A DNA stretch of 64,000 bases from Candidatus Woesearchaeota archaeon (lineage in GTDB: Archaea; Nanobdellota; Nanobdellia; Woesearchaeales; JBJKQO01): assembly GCA_046705145.1 (NCBI GenBank), contig JBJKQO010000008.1, forward strand, positions 16,686 to 80,685. Reading direction: 5' to 3'. The translations under genes were made by a program, and so were the position numbers. Under the pieces are notes generated by a model. It was not told where the DNA came from and did no database searches. It saw only the letters and a program-made list of their open reading frames with translations. This document shows, piece by piece, positions 28,366 to 38,670 of this stretch (position 1 is the first letter of the stretch; every line of letters starts with the position of its first letter).

Positions 28366-28788
28366 TTATTTGCCAGAGTTTGCCTTAAGCCACTTCACTG
28401 CATCTTCGACGCTGTTCAGCTCGATAAGCTTCAGGCCTGCAGGTCCTGTCTTTGCAGCATACGTCTTGATGTTAAGGTTTGTTACAGCGCTGACTTTTGA
28501 GGATATCGTGATAAAATACTTGATACCTGCTTTTGCAAATCCTGGAAATATATCACTTCCGATAAAATTCTGTATCTCCATAGAAAACGCGCCTTCTGCT
28601 TTGCTTGAGTCTACTATCCATGCTACTGCTCCATGGGCCTTAGCATAGTCTACTCCTTTTATGAGCACTGCTTCCTTAAAATCAGGAAGGCTTACGTTAT
28701 AAGTTGTCCATGTGTCGACAACAGCCTTAACCTCTTCTTTCCATGTAGACTCCATCTTTCCTTGGATGGTCTGTATTACTGGATCCAT
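28366..28788 (-). CDS. Hypothetical STAS/SpoIIAA-like protein
   Basis: SD GAGGTGA; WIVDS and SVEDAVKWL pattern. Confidence 0.6.
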   Translation of the reverse strand: MDPVIQTIQGKMESTWKEEVKAVVDTWTTYNVSLPDFKEAVLIKGVDYAKAHGAVAWIVDSSKAEGAFSMEIQNFIGSDIFPGFAKAGIKYFITISSKVSAVTNLNIKTYAAKTGPAGLKLIELNSVEDAVKWLKANSGK

Positions 28789-28935
28789 ACTGTTTCACCT
28801 CATTTTTGATTTTCTTTGATTATTAAGGGGTTAAGGCAGGATATTATATTAATATTGTGGAATTAGATCCTATTTGATGTTTGTACCGATAAATATTTAA
28901 AAAAACCAGGGTTTCTTTTAAAAGGTTTAATTACT

Positions 28936-29083
28936 GGCGGTATAGCTCAGCCTGGAGATTTTTATAAAATTCGGGCAATTAGAGCGCTACGCTCATATGG
29001 TCTTTGAGCGATGAGACGAAAGTCGATGACTACAAAGATAGCGCGAAACGTAGAGGTCAGGGGCTCAAATCCCCTTACCGCCA
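28936..29083 (+). tRNA. tRNA-CAT (elongator Met or Ile2) with D-loop and anticodon-loop introns
   Basis: Acceptor GGCGGTA/TACCGCC-A; anticodon arm CTACG-CTCATA..A-CGTAG; T arm AGGGG-CTCAAAT-CCCCT. Confidence 0.82.
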
Positions 29084-29223
29084 TTTTTTCTTGTATTGTC
29101 AAATTCGAAGAATTTGCTAGCCTGAGCATAGTGAAGGCGTATGCGTCAGCTTTCGTCAATGTTTGCGTGAGCGTAGCGAACGGAAAGGTTGGCGACAATC
29201 CCCTTACCGCCATTTTTTCTTGT
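29068..29223 (+). repeat. 27-bp direct repeat of the tRNA 3' end flanking a 102-bp insert (att-like)
   Basis: AATCCCCTTACCGCCATTTTTTCTTGT at 29068-29094 and 29197-29223. Confidence 0.9.
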
Positions 29224-29266
29224 CTTTTTAATATATTTTTTAAAATGGACAAGATTCTCTTTTCTT

Positions 29267-29905
29267 ATGGTAGATAGGTTGGTTCATGAATTAATGCCGG
29301 AAGATATCCTAGCAAGAGCAGAATCTTCGAGAGGAACTCCTTTTTCAAGAGCAACCTTCCATAAAGGTATAGATTTTGAGCTATGGGCTCCAGGATGTGA
29401 TATGTGGGGCACTAGATATCATGGGGCTATAGTTGTAGAGAGAGACCAGTTTGGTGCTCCTCCAGTGTGGGTATTGGGGGTAAGGATGGATTCTCATGCA
29501 GTAGGATATTTTCTTTTTGAGGGTGTAGGTTTATTTTCTTGTGGGAGGTATAATGGGTGGGGCTTTCAGTCATTTACTGATTTGGACGGATTTTCAAGAA
29601 ATTTTATGAGAGCTCCAACAAATGCTGCTGTATATGTTGAGGAGGATTATAGGCAGAGGGGATTTTGCAGGGCGTTATTTACAGTGGGTCTAGGGATTAT
29701 GAAAAAGATGATGGATGATAAAGGGATACTTGATGGAAATGGACCTTTACATCTTTCTGTAGGCTGTAACTACTTTTCTTCTTCGATGTTAGAAAAGCAT
29801 TTTTGTGCAGTTAGAGTACCGGGATCTACAGATAGTGGACCGGATTATCTGGTGAGAGCAGATGTGATTCTACCACAAATTGACATTTTAACCACCCCCA
29901 AGTAA
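29267..29905 (+). CDS. Hypothetical protein with GNAT-like motif
   Basis: AVYVEEDYRQRGFCRAL; start uncertain. Confidence 0.5.
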   Translation: MVDRLVHELMPEDILARAESSRGTPFSRATFHKGIDFELWAPGCDMWGTRYHGAIVVERDQFGAPPVWVLGVRMDSHAVGYFLFEGVGLFSCGRYNGWGFQSFTDLDGFSRNFMRAPTNAAVYVEEDYRQRGFCRALFTVGLGIMKKMMDDKGILDGNGPLHLSVGCNYFSSSMLEKHFCAVRVPGSTDSGPDYLVRADVILPQIDILTTPK

Positions 29906-29957
29906 CTACAAAACGAAAGGTTTATATACTAGTTGTATTTGTCATCATTGTACAGGG

Positions 29958-31529
29958 GTGAATTACACTATGAAATCAATGATAAAAGCATCAATCTTGG
30001 CAATTCTTTCGACAATACTAGTAGCGTTCATCGCTTCAGCTGCAAGCGCGCAGACATTATATTACTGCGATGAGGATAGGGACGGGAGCTACAGCATAGT
30101 CCCTTCTTCAGGAGGCATAATCATGAACGATTGCATAATGCAGCCAGGAGACGACTGCAATGACCATAACCCTTACATGAGCCCAGCCTCATATGAGAGG
30201 TGCGACGGCATAGACAATAACTGCAACGGCGAGACTGATGAAGGATACATCTGCGGGGTCAGCTATTTTTGTGATTCTGACAGCGACGGGTTCTACAACG
30301 CTGAAGTCGACGGGGTATGCAACTATTTCGGATGCGTCCCTCTTGACTGCGTCGAGGTCCATGGAGATGACTGTCAGGACAATGATGATGAAATATTTCC
30401 TACGCAGATGGAAACCTGTAATGGGATAGATGATGATTGTGACGATCACATAGATGAGTTTGTCTGCGGAGCAGATGATGAGCCTCATGATTATTATTGT
30501 GATAATGATGGTGACGGATATTTTTCAGCTGCAGTTTCAGTGACCTGCCAGGGAGCAGGCTGCGCGATAGGCTGCATCTACGAGCCTGGCGATGACTGCA
30601 ATGATGATGATCCTTTGGTTAGTCCTGGGCAGGAAGACATATGCGGTGACATGACAGATAATAACTGCAACGGCTTTGCTGATGAGGATTGCGGCATATG
30701 GCAGTGTGTTCCAGGGACAGTATATGATTGTGATACAGGGCTTGCAGGAGCGTGCTCGCAGGGAACGATGGAATGCGGAGAATACGGTATGTGGGACATC
30801 TGCGAGCAGGTGTTTAGGCAGTCTTTTGAGGTATGCGATAACGGCATTGATGATGACTGCGACGGTTATGTTGACAGTGAAGACCCTATCTGCGGAGAGT
30901 ATTATAACCTCCCTCCTGAGATAGTCTCAGGTCCTGTGGAAGAAGCAGAGGTCGGAGATGTTTATAAGTATGATGCCTATGCGATAGATCCAAATGATGA
31001 TGTACTATATTATACTCTTGTTGACAGGCCTGCAGGGATGTCGATAAACCAGGTGACAGGGATGATCAGATGGATCCCTCAGAAGAGATATGAAGGGACA
31101 GTAAATGTGGCAGTCAAGGTAGAGGATCCTTTCGGAGCATACGACATCCAGGAGTATGAGATAGAAGTAGCAGACGAGGATTGTGATGCATGCAACCTTC
31201 CACAGAGAAATATTAAGGTAAACTTCCTTAGGCTTGAGAATGAGGAATCACCAAAAGTATTGCCTGGTAGCCAGATGTTTGTTGACATAGGTCTTGAAAA
31301 CATAGGCAGTGAAAGTGTAGAAAAGCTTTCCGTAAGGTTCACGATAATGGAGCTTGATGTCTCAAGGACAATCGGCCCAATATATGGTTTTGATGACGGG
31401 GATAAGATCGTTAAAAGCGTCTTCCTTGACATCCCAAATAATGCTTATCCGGGATCATACACATTGAGAGTGGAGATAAGAGCCGACGACAAAGTCAAAA
31501 GAGTGATACACAGGGAGTTTACCATCTAG
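29958..31529 (+). CDS. Secreted surface protein: Cys/Asp-rich metal-binding (MopE-like) repeats plus Ig/cadherin-like and CARDB-like domains
   Basis: Signal peptide; repeated DCND..P..E.CDGIDNNCNG..DE; PAGMSINQVTGMIRW. Confidence 0.8.
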   Translation: MNYTMKSMIKASILAILSTILVAFIASAASAQTLYYCDEDRDGSYSIVPSSGGIIMNDCIMQPGDDCNDHNPYMSPASYERCDGIDNNCNGETDEGYICGVSYFCDSDSDGFYNAEVDGVCNYFGCVPLDCVEVHGDDCQDNDDEIFPTQMETCNGIDDDCDDHIDEFVCGADDEPHDYYCDNDGDGYFSAAVSVTCQGAGCAIGCIYEPGDDCNDDDPLVSPGQEDICGDMTDNNCNGFADEDCGIWQCVPGTVYDCDTGLAGACSQGTMECGEYGMWDICEQVFRQSFEVCDNGIDDDCDGYVDSEDPICGEYYNLPPEIVSGPVEEAEVGDVYKYDAYAIDPNDDVLYYTLVDRPAGMSINQVTGMIRWIPQKRYEGTVNVAVKVEDPFGAYDIQEYEIEVADEDCDACNLPQRNIKVNFLRLENEESPKVLPGSQMFVDIGLENIGSESVEKLSVRFTIMELDVSRTIGPIYGFDDGDKIVKSVFLDIPNNAYPGSYTLRVEIRADDKVKRVIHREFTI

Positions 31530-31896
31530 TTGCACTTACCGACGGTAAACTTTTTGTTGATAAAATCTGGGTTTTCCATCAAGGGTGTTTCACTGGATGG
31601 TACATCCTCAATAATATTTAGGAAAACTCAGGGTCAGAAAAAACTGTCCACCTTAATCTATTATAATTTTGGTTTGCAGTTTTTGATTGACAAGCGAAAG
31701 TATTAAATACTACAAAATAAATTTTGCAGTAGCAACGATTAGTAACCACTCAAAAATACGAACAAAAGCGAAAAATTTATATAGTATTTACGATTACCGG
31801 ATAACAACAATCAGGGTTTATGCTCATAAATCCTAAATAAGCAATAATAAAAAATAAAGAAAACAGTTATGAAAAATTGATTGGGGGTATTAAACA

Positions 31897-33177
31897 ATGA
31901 AAAAAGCAACCATCTTAGCAATTTTTTTGGTTGGTATACTGGCTCTTTGTGGTCTTGCAAGCGCAGCACCAAGTGTTGAGTATGTAAAGATCAACGGAGA
32001 CATCTTCGAGAGCGGAGACACACTTGCTCTTGAAAGAGGAGAAGCTCTTGACATAAAGGTCAAGCTACAGGCAGTAACCGACGAAGAAGATATTGAGATA
32101 ACAGCAGACATTCTAGGATATGAGTATAGCGACTATAACGCGATCTCTGACAGGGTCCACATAATGGACATGCAGGCAGGAGACACAGAGTATGAAAACC
32201 TAGGAGTAACACTGCCTCAGAGGGCAGAGAAAGACAGGTATGACCTAAGGATCAGGATCGGCGGAAGGACAGGCGCATCAGAAGAGTACCTAATCAATTT
32301 GAGAGTTAAGGATGCAAGGCACAAGATACTTATCCAGGACATAGTATTCTCACCTGAAGGCTCAGTCATGAGCGGAAGGGCACTTCTTGCAGCAGTAAGG
32401 ATAAAGAACTACGGCGAGAATGACGAGAAAAGTATAAAGGTAACAGTAAAGATGCCTGAGCTAGGAATTTCAGCTTCAGATTACATCGACGAGCTTGACT
32501 ATGATGCAACTGACGGTACAGCAACAACCTCAGAGGAGCTTTACCTAAGGATACCATCATGCGTCAAGGCAGGAGAGTACACAGTTATAGCTGAGGTCTC
32601 ATATGACGAAGGATACGAAGTAATCACAAAGGAGACATCAATACTAGTAACAGAAGACGAGCTTTGCCCAGCAAAGGTTGCAAAAGAAGATACAAAAGCT
32701 CCTAAGACAGTCATCAGTGTTGGATCAACAGCACAGGATGTTGCAGCAGGAGAAGGAGGAGTTATCTACCCTCTTACAATAAGCAACTCAGGCGCAGAGT
32801 CAAAGGCTTACACGATAGTTGTTGAAGGCGTCGACGCTTGGGGACAGGCAAGGATAAGCCCAACAGCAACAGCAGTTCTTGCACCAGGAGAGGCAAAAGC
32901 ATTCTATGTTTATGTCTCAGCAAACGAGAATGCAGGAGCAGGCGAAAAGATGTTCTCAATAACTGTTAAGTCAGGAGATGAGACACTTAAGCAGATACCA
33001 GTTAAGGCAAACGTTGTCGAGTCACAGACAAGCTGGAGCAAGCTTAAGAGAGGCCTTGAGATAGGATTTGTAATACTAGTTGTCCTTTTGGTCATCCTAG
33101 GATTAATAATCGGCTTTAACAAGCTAAGGGAAGACAAGAACGAAGAGGACATGGAAGAGACAGAAACCTATTATTAA
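31897..33177 (+). CDS. Surface/S-layer-like multi-Ig protein with C-terminal TM anchor
   Basis: Signal peptide, CARDB/NPCBM-like repeats, C-terminal TM, long promoter region. Confidence 0.75.
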   Translation: MKKATILAIFLVGILALCGLASAAPSVEYVKINGDIFESGDTLALERGEALDIKVKLQAVTDEEDIEITADILGYEYSDYNAISDRVHIMDMQAGDTEYENLGVTLPQRAEKDRYDLRIRIGGRTGASEEYLINLRVKDARHKILIQDIVFSPEGSVMSGRALLAAVRIKNYGENDEKSIKVTVKMPELGISASDYIDELDYDATDGTATTSEELYLRIPSCVKAGEYTVIAEVSYDEGYEVITKETSILVTEDELCPAKVAKEDTKAPKTVISVGSTAQDVAAGEGGVIYPLTISNSGAESKAYTIVVEGVDAWGQARISPTATAVLAPGEAKAFYVYVSANENAGAGEKMFSITVKSGDETLKQIPVKANVVESQTSWSKLKRGLEIGFVILVVLLVILGLIIGFNKLREDKNEEDMEETETYY

Positions 33178-33324
33178 TTTTTTTTATCTTTTTCTTTTAT
33201 CTTATTTTTTATACGCATAAAATCCCTCTCGGTTGGGACCCTATCGACTTTTCAGGTTTTTAGGGCACTTGATGGAAATATCTAAATAACAATAATATAT
33301 TAACAATCAACGGTGATCCGGTAA

Positions 33325-36300
33325 ATGAAGAAGAGACTATCATTAAGGCTGTTAAAAAATTTAATTGTGCCTGCACTCATATTCCTAATTGTACTAATCT
33401 CAGTGGTATCAGCAGTATATGGAGAAGAGGACTTTTACGCTTCAACGCCATACGCAGCGTTTGACGCGTGCGCATGCTCGACATTCCAGGAATCGATAAG
33501 GGTAGTCAACAACAACCCTCCGATATCAGGCGTGAGCTACACGCTTGAGGGCGACGAGCTTATAGAGTCAGAATCAAACATTGTCTCTGCTTCAACATAC
33601 ACCATAAGTTCTGAGGGCTCTGCCGCGTCTTTTGTAAGCTACGCACCTGATATCTTCAGCATAGTATCAGGAGAACCGCAGGACGTTTCAGCGTTCATAA
33701 CAGTGCCTTGCAACAAGAAAGGCGCATACACGCTTAAGACTGTCATCAGGACATCAGGAGGTCTTGAAAAAGAGATCTCGCAGAAGATCAACGTGAAGCA
33801 GTGTGACAACATACTTGCTGCAGCTTTGGTCAACGATGTCAAGGCATGCCCATGGGATGCAGCGCAGTTCCAGTTCGAGATAACGAACACCCAGAGCTTT
33901 CTGGAAACTTACTCATTTAATGTTGACAAGTTCAGGCAGTACGCAACATTCTCTGAAAACATGATAATGCTTCAGCCAGGCGAGACAAGAAAGATCATCC
34001 TTTACATGAGGCCTGCAGCCTTCAGCACAGAGATAAACAAGCTTTTTGGCGAGCATGAGGCTAACCTTATAGTTACGGCAGAGGGAAACGGCATATCCAA
34101 GAAAGTTCCTTTCTATTATACTATAGAAAACTGCTATGATTTTGATGCTGATTTCGGAGCATCGCAGCTTGCAAGCGATGACCAGGGATTTAAGCCTCTT
34201 CCAGAAGGAGGTTATGAGATCTGCGACGCATCATCAAACGTCCTTCCTGTGAAGATAACAAACAAGGCAGAGACGACAAACAATTACGTTGTAACAGCAA
34301 AAGAGATACCTTTTGCGATGGGAGAGCAGGCAGTGGATTTGACGGGCCTTCCAAGAAACGAGAGCTATGTGCTTGAGTTTGAGATAGATCCCAATCATTA
34401 TCTTGAAGGAAATTACAATTTCACCGTGACCGTAGAATCAGTCCTTGGCATGGTCGAAAAGACCTATGACGTGCCCTTGGCTGTAAGGAAGTGCTTCTCA
34501 CCAAAGGTTAACATATCAGAGAAGATAAAGGTCACTTCAGAGCCGACAGAAAACGTGTTCCTGTTGAAGAACATAGGTTACATGGAAGGCAATTACCAGC
34601 TCATATTTGAGGGTCCGGAGTGGGCAGAGCTTTCTGAAGACAGCATAAGGATGATGCCAGGACAGGAAGAAGAGATATCACTTATAACCTCTCCTGATGA
34701 GACAGTGAAGGAAGGCAAGTATGCTGCGAAGATAATCGTGAAAACAGTAAGGAACAACGCAGAATATCACACGAACATAATCATAGACTACAACAACCCT
34801 AACGCGATCCAGAGGCTTTACAAGAGGCTTGATGCGTATCTTGCAGGTTATTGGGTGTACGTGATAATAGGGATAATATTGCTTTTGCTGATGATCATAT
34901 TCCTCCCTATAATGATAAGGAGGAGGTCAAAGCTTGGCAAAAAAGAGTATGGTGTCTATGACGCGCAGGCAGGAGATGTCAGTTATATCGATGTTGAGGC
35001 TCCAAAGAAATCTGCTAAGCCTGCAAAAGAAGAAAAGGCACCAAAGACAAAGCAAAAGAAGAGCTACTGGTGGCTCTACCTCATCTTGGCACTTATTGTC
35101 ATAGGAGCGATGGTTGCAGGGATATTCTTTTCGTGGAAATACTATTTTACTGCGCAGCCAGCTGAAGGTAATGAGACTGCAGCAGGGATGGAGGCAGCAG
35201 AAGAGGTCGCTGAAAAGGCCCCTCTTGCAGAGACCATAAAAGATAAGATGTTGTACCTGAAAGACTGGTCTGTCGACGCATGGTACTACGTAAGCGGATT
35301 TTTCATGGACTTTTGGGTCTACATAGCTATAGGCGTGGGGATACTTGTATTGCTCCTGATAATACTTGCGGTGATACTTTTTGTCAGGAAGAGAAGAAAA
35401 GCAGCTCCTAAAGAGACAGAAAAGGCAGCAGCAGAGAAAGAGGATAAGCAGGATGAAAAGGTAAAGGATCTACCAGTCCCAAAAAAAGCTGTCAGGAAGG
35501 AGAAAAAAGAGAAGAAGGAAAAAAGGAAGATTAACTACATGAAGATCATAGGCTATTCACTCTTGGTGATAGCGCTTATAATGCTCGTATTCGGCCTTTA
35601 TCATTTCAGGGATACCATAAGGGAAGTCTGGAAGATACCTGAGGCGCAGAACATGACAGGAGAAGAGCCTGCTGAAAAGAACGTGACACAGACAGTGCCT
35701 GCAGGAGATCATTACATGGACAGGATAATATCCTCCCTTGATAAGGGGCAGTATGTCTTTAATGAGCAGGGAGAGGTCTATAACAGGGAGACCGGAAAGC
35801 AGGTCACAAGCGCGGAGCTTGCCGCGCTTTTTGCAAAAAACAAGGGCAAGGTCATAAATGAGACAGGGATAACAGAAAGCGAGTTTAACTCAGTTGTCCA
35901 GACACTTCTTAAGATGAGCAAGAGCACTGCTCCTGTGCAGGTTGTCGAAGAGGAGAAAGAGCCTGATCTTGGAGAAGTAGTGGGAGTCGACTGTGATATC
36001 ATGATCGAGGAAAGCTCAGAGAAGATAGTGGACCTTAACAGGATGTTTTATGATCCTGACAACGACAAGCTGTCATTTAAGTCTTCAAAGCCTGATAACA
36101 TCTCTGTTGAGATAAGGGACGGGAAGGCTACGATCGTGCCTCAGGATGGATATGTAGGGGTCTCATATATAATATTCACCGCTACTGATGACAAGGGCGA
36201 AAATGTAACAAGCCCAAAGCTTGCGATCTGTGTCGAGGAGACGACAGGAGCAAGAAAGGCAGAGAACATCATGCAGAGATATCTTGGCCACCTGAAGGAT

Positions 36301-36486
36301 TTCGTCTTTGCTTACGTAAACTATATCGTTGCAGGGATAATAATAGTGATAGTCCTGATTTTTTTTTTGAGCTACTCCAAAGAAAAAGACGGACCTGAAG
36401 AAGCCAAGGGGCCTGCAAAAGAAACAAAGACAAAAAAGGCAGTGAAGAAAACTGTTAAGAAAGCGGTCAAGGAAGAAGAAAAGTAA
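33325..36486 (+). CDS. Large surface/membrane protein with Ig-like domains and five spaced TM helices
   Basis: Signal peptide, Cys-paired Ig-like repeats, FYDPDNDKLSF cadherin-like motif, Lys-rich linkers. Confidence 0.75.
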   Translation: MKKRLSLRLLKNLIVPALIFLIVLISVVSAVYGEEDFYASTPYAAFDACACSTFQESIRVVNNNPPISGVSYTLEGDELIESESNIVSASTYTISSEGSAASFVSYAPDIFSIVSGEPQDVSAFITVPCNKKGAYTLKTVIRTSGGLEKEISQKINVKQCDNILAAALVNDVKACPWDAAQFQFEITNTQSFLETYSFNVDKFRQYATFSENMIMLQPGETRKIILYMRPAAFSTEINKLFGEHEANLIVTAEGNGISKKVPFYYTIENCYDFDADFGASQLASDDQGFKPLPEGGYEICDASSNVLPVKITNKAETTNNYVVTAKEIPFAMGEQAVDLTGLPRNESYVLEFEIDPNHYLEGNYNFTVTVESVLGMVEKTYDVPLAVRKCFSPKVNISEKIKVTSEPTENVFLLKNIGYMEGNYQLIFEGPEWAELSEDSIRMMPGQEEEISLITSPDETVKEGKYAAKIIVKTVRNNAEYHTNIIIDYNNPNAIQRLYKRLDAYLAGYWVYVIIGIILLLLMIIFLPIMIRRRSKLGKKEYGVYDAQAGDVSYIDVEAPKKSAKPAKEEKAPKTKQKKSYWWLYLILALIVIGAMVAGIFFSWKYYFTAQPAEGNETAAGMEAAEEVAEKAPLAETIKDKMLYLKDWSVDAWYYVSGFFMDFWVYIAIGVGILVLLLIILAVILFVRKRRKAAPKETEKAAAEKEDKQDEKVKDLPVPKKAVRKEKKEKKEKRKINYMKIIGYSLLVIALIMLVFGLYHFRDTIREVWKIPEAQNMTGEEPAEKNVTQTVPAGDHYMDRIISSLDKGQYVFNEQGEVYNRETGKQVTSAELAALFAKNKGKVINETGITESEFNSVVQTLLKMSKSTAPVQVVEEEKEPDLGEVVGVDCDIMIEESSEKIVDLNRMFYDPDNDKLSFKSSKPDNISVEIRDGKATIVPQDGYVGVSYIIFTATDDKGENVTSPKLAICVEETTGARKAENIMQRYLGHLKDFVFAYVNYIVAGIIIVIVLIFFLSYSKEKDGPEEAKGPAKETKTKKAVKKTVKKAVKEEEK

Positions 36487-36550
36487 TTGTTATCATAGAT
36501 TTTGCGTTCTTTTTGGCACAAGTTTATGATTTTTTTCTTTTAATCTCATT

Positions 36551-36841
36551 TTACAGGGTGGTGAGCCCAAAGAAGAATAGCATACCTATTAATAGGTGTG
36601 TTGATAAAGAAACACCAATTAGAAACAAAACCAGTTCATATTTGTTGATTTGCTTAAGGTTTTTTATGAAACATAACGAGAGCACCAACGCAGAAAGAGA
36701 TAATGCAAAAATAATGAAGATTATCATTTTTTCCGGTATGATTGTAGTAATAGGTTTTAAAAAAAAGTACAATACTGAAGATAAAGCTAATCCTAAAACA
36801 AAGAGAAAATAAGGAATCATCTTTCTTTTTTCTTTATTCAT
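36551..36841 (-). CDS. Small membrane protein, candidate RHS immunity
   Basis: About three TM helices; AT-rich; downstream of RHS. Confidence 0.55.
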   Translation of the reverse strand: MNKEKRKMIPYFLFVLGLALSSVLYFFLKPITTIIPEKMIIFIIFALSLSALVLSLCFIKNLKQINKYELVLFLIGVSLSTHLLIGMLFFFGLTTL

Positions 36842-37149
36842 TTTCCGCTTACCATTAACAAAACCGGGATTAGTTGGAATACAACAACACTATTAGCCCA
36901 TAGATATATCACATGGGTCTTAGTTATATTTTTACTTATGATTAAATATAATATACTGATTACAATCACGATAATTGGCACCAAGAACAATATTAAAACA
37001 AAGAAAAATGAGGCTAGACTATTTAACATATTTAGGATTTCTAGATTTGTCACATATATAGAAAAAAGAACTGAACAAAGGGTAATTAAGTTAATCAAAG
37101 ATAACACAAATGATACTCTTAGCATTTTACATAGGGTTTTTTCTTTCAT
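36838..37149 (-). CDS. Small membrane protein, candidate RHS immunity
   Basis: About three TM helices; first gene after RHS. Confidence 0.6.
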   Translation of the reverse strand: MKEKTLCKMLRVSFVLSLINLITLCSVLFSIYVTNLEILNMLNSLASFFFVLILFLVPIIVIVISILYLIISKNITKTHVIYLWANSVVVFQLIPVLLMVSGK

Positions 37150-37183
37150 CTTCTTTTAAGATAAGGTTAATTTATTTTTTTTC

Positions 37184-38518
37184 TTAACTATCATCTTGGC
37201 TCCCCTCTCTCACCCAAGTTCCTGAATTTTCATTATATACTACATTACTTTGGAGTCTAGCACCCCCTCCCCCTATCCCCCATTCTAGCCTAAACTCATC
37301 AGTTTTGGCATGTCCAGAACCAAAGAGAATATTATTATCATATACCTTTAGAATTTTTCGCTTTAATGATTTTGATTCTAGGGAATCCATGTAATCCATC
37401 ACTCCATCGTTAAATTTCCAACAATAATAGTTCCCTTCTCCCCTTAAGGAGAACTGTATATCCCCTTTTTTGGCTTTTTCACCTAGTAACCCTGCATATA
37501 ACATCCCGCCAATATCTGTATCAAGGCCGGTTTTAGTTCTTGTATCTTCTTTTGCGACAAGTTTTATTCCTTCTGATTGCTCTACAAATTCTATCAGTTC
37601 TTTTTGAGATTTGGCTGTAGCAATCATCTCGACCTCGCCAGGAACAGATTTTCCAGTTATAGCATAGGCCCCCTTATATTCTTGACCTTCGGCTGGATGA
37701 AAACTATACATCATGGCATAGCCTGCTTCATCATTATAAATCACTAGGACATTATGTAGCTGGTTTGCGATTCTTGGATGTAATTCATATTCAACATAGT
37801 CTTTTCCTGTGGGGTCAATATACTTATAAGGATTATTTCTCACATATGAATAGTGATTAAGACTTTGAGGATCATATACATCTTGGATTTTTGAGTCAGG
37901 TTGCGTGAATAAGGCAATGTTTGCCATGTATCTTCTGGCGTTATAATCATAATCCCCCAAAATAGGGTCATATTCCTGTGAGGTATAGCTGTATCTTATG
38001 GTATCCCCTCCTTCCAAAATTTTTCCGTATGGACCGTATGTTATATTTTCTATTATTTGCCCATTTTCATCACTTATTGCCTCAGGGCTTCCTAACTGAT
38101 TTGTGTGTATATAATATTTAGAACCATCCGGATTTTGTTGAGCAATAAGATGCCCCTCATGATAAACAAAGGTAAAATCAAAACTTCCGCTACTGTTAAC
38201 AACTCTAACATACTCTTTCTCAAAATAATAAACCGTCTCTCTTAGACTTCCATTATTGTGAAATACTTTCTTGACAACAATCCTGTTCTCAAGAGGGTCG
38301 TGAATAAATTCCTGAATTGTTATCCCTGATGATACATTTATGATCCTTGCTAATTGGTTCAGTCCATTGTATTCTCTTCTGAACCCTGATCCATCTTCTA
38401 GTAAATTACCATTCGCGTCCCATTTATAATTGTAATCTGTCGCACTACAAAAAGAACCTAAAAACAAAAATGTTAACAAGATATGGTACAAAAATCTACT
38501 TCGAAAAATCTTTTCCAC
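37184..38518 (-). CDS. Short RHS-repeat core protein with C-terminal toxin domain
   Basis: YKWDANGNL, YYIHTNQLGSP, YGPYG, ARRY, SLNHYSYVRNNPYKYIDPTG. Confidence 0.88.
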   Translation of the reverse strand: MEKIFRSRFLYHILLTFLFLGSFCSATDYNYKWDANGNLLEDGSGFRREYNGLNQLARIINVSSGITIQEFIHDPLENRIVVKKVFHNNGSLRETVYYFEKEYVRVVNSSGSFDFTFVYHEGHLIAQQNPDGSKYYIHTNQLGSPEAISDENGQIIENITYGPYGKILEGGDTIRYSYTSQEYDPILGDYDYNARRYMANIALFTQPDSKIQDVYDPQSLNHYSYVRNNPYKYIDPTGKDYVEYELHPRIANQLHNVLVIYNDEAGYAMMYSFHPAEGQEYKGAYAITGKSVPGEVEMIATAKSQKELIEFVEQSEGIKLVAKEDTRTKTGLDTDIGGMLYAGLLGEKAKKGDIQFSLRGEGNYYCWKFNDGVMDYMDSLESKSLKRKILKVYDNNILFGSGHAKTDEFRLEWGIGGGGARLQSNVVYNENSGTWVREGSQDDS

Positions 38519-38670
38519 CCCCGATTGAACATTTTTTGAGACTACTATATAAATATTTGGGGACCATATGATTCAAGTAGTAACACTATAAAATATTTTT
38601 TAGTCGAATAAACAGACAACTCCAAAAACAGTAAGCTTTATAAACAGATGCGGATTTCACTAGACTACAT

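Noticed and set aside
29005-29035. Hammerhead ribozyme in the tRNA intron
   Set aside because: Has GCGATGA and GATG instead of the required CTGANGA and GAAA core.
28962-29277. ORFs with duplicated QEKMAVRG peptide
   Set aside because: Artefact of translating the tRNA and its duplicated 3' end.
31530-33320. Shared CTTGATGG / TTACCG motifs upstream of surface genes
   Set aside because: Too short and inconsistently placed to support by eye.
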